Source: a virus
Taxonomy: Duplodnaviria > Heunggongvirae > Uroviricota > Caudoviricetes
Virus record (IMG/VR): IMGVR_UViG_3300037454_000478
Location: 122,449 to 152,037 of that record
DNA length: 29,589 nt
Strand: one strand, 5' to 3'
In this document: positions 17,626 to 25,000 of the stretch, piece by piece
Layout: every line of letters begins with the position of its first letter
How positions within the stretch are numbered: the first letter of the stretch is position 1
Program-made: the position numbers and the translations under genes
The notes under the pieces: generated by a model
Seen by the model: the letters and a program-made list of their open reading frames with translations, nothing else
What the model was told of the DNA's origin: nothing
The model's database searches: none

Positions 17626-17766
17626 GTAGATATATTTGCTTTATAATGATTCTTTATAATAATAAGGTTATTTAATCAGCTACTTTAGGGTTGGGTGAAA
17701 ATCAAATTAAAATACCTTAATGGAGTATATGAATGATGTATTTTTAATGCAAATAAATACATATTT

Positions 17767-18798
17767 ATGACTGATAAATACTCTAATGATTGCGCCATTT
17801 TAATCACTGGTGTTGCCGGATTGTTAGGATATAATTTTGCAAAGTGGCTTCTTGATAATACCATGCATCACGTTATTGGTATTGATGCCATGTATGATTG
17901 GGGCAACCACAACGAAGTACCTCATAATGAAAGGTACAAATTTTATCAATTGGATCTTACGAAACATTATGAGGAACTTGATGGGATTGTTAAGCAAAAT
18001 AACGTCAAAATCATATACCATTTTGCCAGCTACGCCGCCGAAGGTTTATCTCCTTTCATGCGTAGGTTTAATTACATGCAAAACACCATCGCATCAACCA
18101 ACGTAATCAATACCTCAATCAAATATGGTTGTAAACTTATATTCACCAGTTCCATGTCCGTATATGGGCATGGTAAATGCAAGGACTCCAAACTACTCTT
18201 TGATGAAAATGATAGGCCAGCACCTATTGACCCATACGGGATTGCAAAGTGGGGTATTGAGCAGGATATCCGGGTTGCCGGCGAGCAACATGGTTTGGAA
18301 TGGGCCATCATTCGCCCGCATAATGTATTTGGTATCGGACAAAACGTTAACGACCGATATCGTAATGTACTTGGTATTTGGATGCACCAAGCGGTGATCG
18401 GTAAACCTTTTACCATTTATGGTGATGGCGAACAGGAACGTGCATTTACCTATATAGATAACATCCTTGAACCACTGTATAAGGCGAAGGATCTTAAAAA
18501 TGAAGTGATCAACCTCGGTGGTATAAATGGTATTACGCTCAATGAAGCCTGTGAGGTAATGAAAAAAGTCACCGGAAAAACAGAAGTGGTTCACCTCGAA
18601 GCCCGGCATGAGGTTAAAAGAGCCATCCCGGATCCGGCCCGTTCCATCATACGTCTTAATTACAAGGATATTGTTGGGTTTGAAGAAGGCGTACGTAGAA
18701 TGTGGGAATGGGTGAATAATGAACATTGTGTTGCTGACTGGTATGAATGGGATGCTTTTGAATTGAATAAAGGGATCTATTCATACTGGAAGAAGTAA
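17767..18798 (+). CDS. NAD-dependent nucleotide-sugar epimerase/dehydratase (extended SDR)
   Basis: GxxGxxG (TGVAGLLG), SSMSVYG, YGIAK (YxxxK) and RPHNVFG. Confidence 0.92.
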   Translation: MTDKYSNDCAILITGVAGLLGYNFAKWLLDNTMHHVIGIDAMYDWGNHNEVPHNERYKFYQLDLTKHYEELDGIVKQNNVKIIYHFASYAAEGLSPFMRRFNYMQNTIASTNVINTSIKYGCKLIFTSSMSVYGHGKCKDSKLLFDENDRPAPIDPYGIAKWGIEQDIRVAGEQHGLEWAIIRPHNVFGIGQNVNDRYRNVLGIWMHQAVIGKPFTIYGDGEQERAFTYIDNILEPLYKAKDLKNEVINLGGINGITLNEACEVMKKVTGKTEVVHLEARHEVKRAIPDPARSIIRLNYKDIVGFEEGVRRMWEWVNNEHCVADWYEWDAFELNKGIYSYWKK

Positions 18799-18815
18799 CC
18801 TTCACATCAGCGCAT

Positions 18816-18852
18816 AAAAAAAAGGAACTCGCGAGAGTTCCTTTTCTTTTTG
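18816..18852. terminator. Bidirectional intrinsic terminator
   Basis: AAAAGGAACTC-GCGA-GAGTTCCTTTT with GNRA loop, between convergent genes. Confidence 0.85.
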
Positions 18853-18866
18853 TATGTGGCGTACAA

Positions 18867-19436
18867 TTAAGCGTCATCATCATCTGCCCAGTCGGAAGCG
18901 AACTTAACAGTGATATCGACAAGATCTTGAGCATTGTAATCAAGATCCTCAACACCGGCAATACCACCAACCATGATCATATCATGGAAGAGGATTTGAC
19001 GGTAAATATCACCGGCGCGGTTGGCGATCACGATCTTGAACCAATCTGCGCAATATTCTTCTTTAAGGGTTGTTTCGCCGGTTGCCTTGTTGTAACAAAG
19101 GTTGTTCCATGCACGGAAGATCTTATAGATGTAGTTGTCCGTACGCTTACGAAGGTTAAGCGAAATTGTAACCGTGATTTCATGGGCCGTATCATCGAGC
19201 TTGGATTGGAGATACGTACGGGTGGTACCCATGAACTTTTGTGTTGTCTTCTCAGGGCCTTTATCGAGAGTTCCAAGACCTTCCACCTTCTGCACCTGTT
19301 CCGTTAGAACTGCAACATCGCTGCCAAAACGTGCCATAAGTGCCTCCGGGATGGTGAAGTACATCTCGAACATATTTTTGTAGTTAGGATCCTGACGATT
19401 GTTTCCTGCCTGACTATTCTTAATGTGTGGAAGCAT
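18867..19436 (-). CDS. gp19: Tail tube protein (T4 gp19-like)
   Basis: 189 aa; N-x-FE-x-YF, Q-x-FMG-x-x-R-x-Y, WNNL and terminal F-x-x-DW, as in T4-like tube proteins. Confidence 0.75.
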   Translation of the reverse strand: MLPHIKNSQAGNNRQDPNYKNMFEMYFTIPEALMARFGSDVAVLTEQVQKVEGLGTLDKGPEKTTQKFMGTTRTYLQSKLDDTAHEITVTISLNLRKRTDNYIYKIFRAWNNLCYNKATGETTLKEEYCADWFKIVIANRAGDIYRQILFHDMIMVGGIAGVEDLDYNAQDLVDITVKFASDWADDDDA

Positions 19437-19496
19437 AATTCTATTTGTTTTTTCTTTAATAGTATAATAACTTACATTTTGTAACTTGTCAAATAA

Positions 19497-19955
19497 TTAC
19501 GCATTAATACCATCATCACATACTCCAACAACTCCGTATCGTATTGTTGACTCCGGTGTTACCACGGTAGATACCATTGGGATTTCAATGGCCTTTACCG
19601 GGGTATCATTGTCCTGTCTACGGGAAATTGCAATGGCAAATGCACCATTATGAGCGGTTGTGCAGTATTCGAGGTTATTATGCGACATTACCTCATTCCA
19701 ACTATGTGGTAAAACGGTATTTGGAGCGGTAGCAAGTCGACGATTGTATACAATTTGTTCCCACAAGGACTTGGTTAACTTGGTACCGGTAACAATATAT
19801 ACTCCATCATCCATCAATTGCATATGGGTATCGGTTAATGCGCCCCAATGCATGTTATACCAACGGGTAAGTGTATCGTTTGTACCGATATGTTGGTTTG
19901 TATTTTGGGAAGCAATCAAGGGATGCTCCTTCATTATATCCTGAAATGTTTTCAT
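19497..19955 (-). CDS. Hypothetical protein (weak CTS-like start)
   Basis: 152 aa, MKTFQDIMKE|H; tiles within the operon. Confidence 0.65.
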   Translation of the reverse strand: MKTFQDIMKEHPLIASQNTNQHIGTNDTLTRWYNMHWGALTDTHMQLMDDGVYIVTGTKLTKSLWEQIVYNRRLATAPNTVLPHSWNEVMSHNNLEYCTTAHNGAFAIAISRRQDNDTPVKAIEIPMVSTVVTPESTIRYGVVGVCDDGINA

Positions 19956-19988
19956 CAGTTTTTAAGTTTCTTTGTGGGATGGGATTGT

Positions 19989-20342
19989 TTAGGCGCCGAA
20001 ACTCTTGTTGAGGATACCAACGAGCTTACCCCATTCACCCTTTTCGACATCTTCTTTATTGTCGGAAAGAATGCCATCGAGGGTCTTGTTCATCTTGTCC
20101 TTGTCGAGCTTGTCACCAAAAACAACCTTGAACTTGTTTTCAGCGTAATCGCGGAAACTCTTCTCGTCCTTGATGGATTCACTGACCTTTTCCTGTTCCT
20201 CCTCTTCGGATTCACAGCCCATGCGGATGGCCTTCAAGCGTTCTTGTTCCTCTTCTTCGTTCTCCTTTTTGAAAGTGCCACAACCAGGGCATTCCTTACC
20301 TTCCATAAGGGATTCGCTTATAAATTCAACCAAACTTTTCAT
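19989..20342 (-). CDS. Acidic putative prohead core or internal protein
   Basis: MKSLVEFISE|S, Glu runs and further candidate [ILV]-x-E sites. Confidence 0.7.
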   Translation of the reverse strand: MKSLVEFISESLMEGKECPGCGTFKKENEEEEQERLKAIRMGCESEEEEQEKVSESIKDEKSFRDYAENKFKVVFGDKLDKDKMNKTLDGILSDNKEDVEKGEWGKLVGILNKSFGA

Positions 20343-20368
20343 ATTCTTATGATCTTTATTTCCTTTTA

Positions 20369-20755
20369 TTATGCGGACATATTGTCCAAAAGTTTCTTAA
20401 TTTCCGGTTTACCACCTTTCACACTATATATGGTGTTTGTGAGAAGATCAATGATCTCTTCCAAAACATCAATACGTTTGTTTTTAGGTAGGTCACCCCA
20501 GTAGAACGTAAATTTGACGCATTCTTCTCCGTCAACGTATTTGATTTCACATTTGACTTCGGTATCAAGTATCACACCACAATCGTTAAGATTTGCCGGG
20601 TACTTTTTATAGAATGCGTTGGCTATAGCCTTGTAATCATTCTTGGAGAGATCATCATTGGGAATCCAAGCACCATTATCGATGAAATCGATCGTGGTAC
20701 CCATTTGCCACTGGGTTTGCATGGCTTCCGAGATATATTCAGCTAATGATTTCAT
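20369..20755 (-). CDS. Putative internal head protein (CTS-like N-terminus)
   Basis: 128 aa, MKSLAEYISE|A; TAATG coupling with the upstream gene. Confidence 0.7.
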   Translation of the reverse strand: MKSLAEYISEAMQTQWQMGTTIDFIDNGAWIPNDDLSKNDYKAIANAFYKKYPANLNDCGVILDTEVKCEIKYVDGEECVKFTFYWGDLPKNKRIDVLEEIIDLLTNTIYSVKGGKPEIKKLLDNMSA

Positions 20756-21183
20756 TATTCACTTGTTTCTTTTTCTTTATAAATAATAACAGGTTTATTT
20801 TGCGATCGTTCAAGTGCATTTCGAAGGTTATCATTTTCGGATTGTAAGTTTCTATTTGAACGTTCGCAAGCGCGTAAACTGCCATTAAGTATCAAAATCG
20901 AATCATGTAACTCCTGATTGCTTTGTTGTAGAAAATCAATGGTTGTTGCAGAGTGTTTGTAAGTATGTAGATCTCCATTAAGTATCAGGATGGAATCATG
21001 CAATTCGTGATTGGATTGCACAAGAGAATCAATGACCTCCCGATTACCTTTTACCTCGAATAAATGATTTTGGTTGCGGGAGCACTTCGAACATGTTTGC
21101 ATACAGAACAAACATATAAATATGATGGCCACCCACCTCCATGTTTTCAACGGATTTTGTTTAAGTATGTTTAATAGTTTCAT
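20755..21183 (-). CDS. Membrane-anchored coiled-coil protein with an internal 31-aa-period duplication
   Basis: N-terminal TM segment WRWVAIIFICLFC; IDSLVQSNHELHDSILILNGDL and IDFLQQSNQELHDSILILNGSL repeats; ATGA overlap with the sigma gene stop. Confidence 0.75.
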   Translation of the reverse strand: MKLLNILKQNPLKTWRWVAIIFICLFCMQTCSKCSRNQNHLFEVKGNREVIDSLVQSNHELHDSILILNGDLHTYKHSATTIDFLQQSNQELHDSILILNGSLRACERSNRNLQSENDNLRNALERSQNKPVIIYKEKETSE

Positions 21184-22619
21184 TCCGCTACAATATTATG
21201 TGTTTTGAAGTTCTCGGAAAGCTCACTCATCATATTGATGAGGTCGATATCCGACTTGCGGCGGATACATTCCGTTGGATATACATTTTCAAGAAAATTC
21301 ACAACAAAGCCACGGTTGCCATCATAATGCTCATCAATATAGTTGATGTCATTTTCAAGGCAGCTGATAATGAAATCCTGCCCGGCTTCACTTAATGGTT
21401 GGATTGCACTACCCATGGCATTATTGAATACCTTACGGTTTGCCCAACGGGTACATTCCTGAAGCATGATAAATACGTTATCCGTAATCATGGCATCCAT
21501 GATTGTTTGTGCGGTATGGGTTGCAATAAGTGATTCGGAGTACATGGAAAGGAGATCCATGAGGAGATTAACAGTCCTCTTATCGGATTTGAGGAATGTA
21601 ATGATGTGTTTGATATACATGGAAACAGCCGCACCTGTGATACCCATTTCCTTGGCAATCTCAACACCGGACATTTGTTTATACCCACGGAGGCCAAAAT
21701 ATTTGTAGAACACACTTGCGGTACGAACGGAGAACTTATCATCAATAAGTTTATACACCTTATCCCATTGGGTTTTGGTGTCTCCTTTGAATGCATCATT
21801 ATCGCTTGATAGTGCAGTCATTCTATCGACCAACGTTTGGCCTTCATCATCCAGTGTTTGATCCACGGAGACCGTGTTGAAATTGCCTTTGGTATTACCT
21901 GCGGCCTTATTCTTTTCGTATTCATATTGGGAAATCCTAACGGTACGGGATAATTCATTAATATCGTTAAGGATTTGGAAGCGGATACGCCACCCAGCAT
22001 ATTGTTTGAACGTAAGGTTCTTTTGTTTCTTGACCTCTGCTTTTGCCTCCTTATCAAGTCCATCCTCCATGTCAACAAATTCATCCGGACGGTGATAATC
22101 ACTCATAGCTTTGGTGAGACCCAAATAACCGGCACTAATCAAACTATTCCAATCCAGTCCGGAACCACGATACTTGCTTGCAATTGCGGTTACAAGGCTG
22201 GCGTATTGACGGGCACAACGCTCACGTCCTTTTTCAGTTTCAAGGTCAAGTGTGATATCACCAATATCACGTTTGCCTGATATAACATTATTGAAATCCT
22301 CGGCGGTCATCAATTGGGGGAGACCCTTGATTTCAGGTTTGCATTTGCCGGCAAGTTTTCGGATTTCTTCATATATTGCCGGGGAGCCACCATACTGGGC
22401 GATTATCGCCTTAATCCTTGATGACGATCCATTGATGATTTCATCAAGTACCTCGCCACTTGTTATACCAAGCTGGATTGTATTAACGAGGATTTGGAGA
22501 TATTCTTTTGATATTGATTTGCTTCCACGAACTATCTTTTCAAATTCCTTGATCTGTTCGATGGTGAGCTTGTTCCACTCCCTACGGGACTCCGCAATTA
22601 TCTCGGTAAATAACTTCAT
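21180..22619 (-). CDS. Sigma70-family RNA polymerase sigma factor with N- and C-terminal extensions
   Basis: Region 2: YASLVTAIASKYRGSGLDWNSLISAGYLGLTKA...TFKQYAGWRIRFQI...SRTVRI. Region 3.2-like VSVDQTL. Region 4 HTH: YFGLRGYKQMSGVEIAKEMGITGAAVSMY. Confidence 0.88.
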   Translation of the reverse strand: MKLFTEIIAESRREWNKLTIEQIKEFEKIVRGSKSISKEYLQILVNTIQLGITSGEVLDEIINGSSSRIKAIIAQYGGSPAIYEEIRKLAGKCKPEIKGLPQLMTAEDFNNVISGKRDIGDITLDLETEKGRERCARQYASLVTAIASKYRGSGLDWNSLISAGYLGLTKAMSDYHRPDEFVDMEDGLDKEAKAEVKKQKNLTFKQYAGWRIRFQILNDINELSRTVRISQYEYEKNKAAGNTKGNFNTVSVDQTLDDEGQTLVDRMTALSSDNDAFKGDTKTQWDKVYKLIDDKFSVRTASVFYKYFGLRGYKQMSGVEIAKEMGITGAAVSMYIKHIITFLKSDKRTVNLLMDLLSMYSESLIATHTAQTIMDAMITDNVFIMLQECTRWANRKVFNNAMGSAIQPLSEAGQDFIISCLENDINYIDEHYDGNRGFVVNFLENVYPTECIRRKSDIDLINMMSELSENFKTHNIVAE

Positions 22620-22771
22620 AGTTACTTATTTGGTTTCTTTTATATTAGAACATACGTCTATACAATAATTATAATCATTTTATTTGAATAGTGTAAGGAT
22701 TTATCTGCAAAAACCCTAAAAGTCCTTTTACAAACGACTATTTTTTTCCCAAGTAAAATAATATATCGGTC

Positions 22772-23209
22772 ATGTTCGGTACAATACGTAACTATTTTGT
22801 GGTCAAACATCTGTTAAATAAGATTTATGACAACGAAAAGATCGAAGAGAATCTTTCGCGCACTTTTGGGGTTGAATGTAAACGCGATTGGGTAGGTCGT
22901 TTATATATGGTTGTCAATCCAATACTTCAAAATATTGAAGATGGAGGTAATACGATTGTCTATAACAAGGATGATAAGATGATGATTGAGATGTGGGTTA
23001 TGAAAAACCTTGAACTTATCAGGAATTTTGTTGTAAATAACTCCATGTTCGATCTGCTTACCTACTCCATTGAGCGGCTTGATGATGATGAAAATTACCT
23101 CATCGTGTTCAAAAACATTTATTTTGACGATATTATCAAAATCTGTAAGTGGTCTGCCGCTATAATTGCAGCCGGATTGCTCACAGGACTTGGTTTCTTA
23201 ATCTTTTAA
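22772..23209 (+). CDS. Hypothetical protein with C-terminal membrane anchor
   Basis: 145 aa ending WSAAIIAAGLLTGLGFLIF. Confidence 0.75.
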   Translation: MFGTIRNYFVVKHLLNKIYDNEKIEENLSRTFGVECKRDWVGRLYMVVNPILQNIEDGGNTIVYNKDDKMMIEMWVMKNLELIRNFVVNNSMFDLLTYSIERLDDDENYLIVFKNIYFDDIIKICKWSAAIIAAGLLTGLGFLIF

Positions 23210-23234
23210 TTGAATTAAATAAACATTTCGAGAT

Positions 23235-23885
23235 ATGTTACAACTTATTAATCGTGAAGATTACTCCGGTAGAGACCATAACGAGGTCATGGCTGAATTT
23301 CAAAAGATCGTTGACTCATACGGTGACGATATTAAGGATATGACCCTTGAACAATGTAGGGAGGAGGAAAAGCGCCTCATCGCCATCATGGATGAACATG
23401 ACAAAAACATGCTTGGTGTCGAATACGAACTTCCAAAGACCTGCAAGCTTATGGGATCCGCCAGCAGCATCACCCGTAAGGCCATCGGTGGTTATATTTG
23501 CGAACTCCTCGATAAGGTGGAATGCGAATATCAATACACCCTCGGATACTTCCAGCTCTATCAGTGGTGGAAAAACCCACAGGACAAGATTTCGTACAAT
23601 AACCTCAACAGCACGCTTCAGGTGCTCGGCAACAACATGCGTTTCCGTGGTTCACATCAGTGGCAGATGATTCTTTCCATCAACGAGTACTTCAAGCCTC
23701 TCCACAACGCATACATTATCGACAATATGCTCACTCATCTTTACGGCGCCTGCCACAGCAAACTCCTCGACAAGATGAAGATCGATAACCCGATTGCCCC
23801 GGATAACACTCCGGCCCCGGAAGCCCCAGCCCCGGAAGCCCCATCGTTTGAGGAAAGCCAAGGTGAAGCCGCCCAAGAACAATAA
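23235..23885 (+). CDS. Hypothetical protein with Pro/Ala/Glu-rich tail
   Basis: 216 aa; 15-nt tandem duplication GCCCCGGAAGCCCCA at 23814-23843 (APEAP x2). Confidence 0.8.
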   Translation: MLQLINREDYSGRDHNEVMAEFQKIVDSYGDDIKDMTLEQCREEEKRLIAIMDEHDKNMLGVEYELPKTCKLMGSASSITRKAIGGYICELLDKVECEYQYTLGYFQLYQWWKNPQDKISYNNLNSTLQVLGNNMRFRGSHQWQMILSINEYFKPLHNAYIIDNMLTHLYGACHSKLLDKMKIDNPIAPDNTPAPEAPAPEAPSFEESQGEAAQEQ

Positions 23886-23905
23886 GGCATGAAACCTTTT
23901 CGCAT

Positions 23906-23934
23906 AAAAAGGCTCACGAAAGTGGGCCTTTTTT
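23906..23934 (+). terminator. Intrinsic terminator fused to the downstream promoter
   Basis: AAAAGGCTCAC-GAAA-GTGGGCCTTTT with GNRA loop; the T-tract runs into GTTAA. Confidence 0.85.
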
Positions 23935-23967
23935 GTTAAGTATGGAGGTGTTCAGATTATATATAGG
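23935..23967 (+). promoter_or_regulatory. Phage promoter class GTTAA-N17-TTATATA, copy 3
   Basis: GTTAA 23935-23939, 17-nt spacer, TTATATATAGG 23957-23967. Confidence 0.7.
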
Positions 23968-24003
23968 TGCAAACACGAAATAACAACCTTAAAAACAACA
24001 AAC

Positions 24004-24411
24004 ATGGAAAAAAACATCAACACCGCCGCCGAAAAGGCCACCAAGAAGAACATCGCTGACATGAACCTCGTGGAACTCCGTAAGGAACGCCATCACATCG
24101 CCGCCAAGATCTCAAGCAAAAAGAAGGCTGGCAAGGACGTCACCGAGCTCAAGGCACAAGAAAAGACCATCGTTACCATGATCGCCAACATGGTTGCCGC
24201 CGAAAAGGCCACCAAGAAGGCCGGGAAGCCGGCGGTTCAAGCGAAACCGGTAGCCGAGAAGGTCGATCCGGCCCCCGAGTGCGATGAGAAGGAAAGGATT
24301 ATCAATGCGTTGAAGGCCAATAATGGCAATCGCAAAGAAGCCGCCAAGGCCCTGGGCTTCAGCGAACGCACCTTGTATCGTAGGATCAGCCAATACGGCA
24401 TCACCTTATAA
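24004..24411 (+). CDS. Lys/Ala-rich protein with C-terminal Fis-type HTH (HTH_8)
   Basis: ERIINALKANNGNRKEAAKALGFSERTLYRRISQYGI matches NtrC/Fis HTH; identical 24-nt repeat (AAEKATKK) at 24025-24048 and 24196-24219. Confidence 0.85.
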   Translation: MEKNINTAAEKATKKNIADMNLVELRKERHHIAAKISSKKKAGKDVTELKAQEKTIVTMIANMVAAEKATKKAGKPAVQAKPVAEKVDPAPECDEKERIINALKANNGNRKEAAKALGFSERTLYRRISQYGITL

Positions 24412-24433
24412 GGATAGCCCTGCCGAAAAAATT

Positions 24434-24455
24434 AGCCCGCTTGCGGGCTTTTTTT
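24434..24455 (+). terminator. Intrinsic terminator fused to the downstream promoter
   Basis: AGCCCG-CTTG-CGGGCT plus a T run that runs into GTTAA. Confidence 0.8.
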
Positions 24456-24488
24456 GTTAATATCCCGGGTGTTCCGTTTATATATACC
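24456..24488 (+). promoter_or_regulatory. Phage promoter class GTTAA-N17-TTATATA, copy 4
   Basis: GTTAA 24456-24460, 17-nt spacer, TTATATATACC 24478-24488, AAAGGAAAGGAG 24494-24505, ATG 24512. Confidence 0.7.
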
Positions 24489-24511
24489 TGTAAAAAGGAA
24501 AGGAGAACATC

Positions 24512-24985
24512 ATGAAATTACACGAATTACCTCAAGAGATTCAGGATAAACTGAATGCTGACCGCGATGGCTGGAAGGGCCACGTTGCAAGTGGTGCATA
24601 CGGAGTCACTGCCTACAATAAACTTGGCACTCGTTACTTCATGGCAACCCGCAGATGCGTTTCTTGGTACGACCTCAAGGGTCACTCGATGCCGTTTGGC
24701 GGCGGTACCTATTGGGAGGTTCGTTACGGTGAAATGAAGTGGAGCCACAACGTCCGTAGAAACCCGCTGGGCGAACGTTACGATGAATACAGCTGGGTTC
24801 ACAGCACCACCTACCGCAGTGTAACCAATCCGGAAACCGGCGAAGTTGTTGAAATACCAGGCAGGCTCGATACCAAAAAAGAGGTCATGGCCCTGCTGAA
24901 AAAACTCGAGTTCAAGGGATTCGATGAGTTGTCCAAGGAACAGTTCTTCAGCCCCAAGGCGATTGAGATTTACCCGGCCGAGTAA
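24512..24985 (+). CDS. Hypothetical protein (likely early)
   Basis: 157 aa with promoter and SD-like motif; GC-richer codons. Confidence 0.75.
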   Translation: MKLHELPQEIQDKLNADRDGWKGHVASGAYGVTAYNKLGTRYFMATRRCVSWYDLKGHSMPFGGGTYWEVRYGEMKWSHNVRRNPLGERYDEYSWVHSTTYRSVTNPETGEVVEIPGRLDTKKEVMALLKKLEFKGFDELSKEQFFSPKAIEIYPAE

Positions 24986-25000
24986 AAACACTCAAAAATC

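Noticed and set aside
17631-17639. Bacteroidota -7 box TATATTTGC upstream of the epimerase
   Set aside because: No TTTG at the expected -33 distance; a single AT-rich match is not enough.
19848-20504. 218-aa plus-strand ORF
   Set aside because: Antisense to three tiled minus-strand genes; its Leu/Phe runs mirror their Glu/Lys codons.
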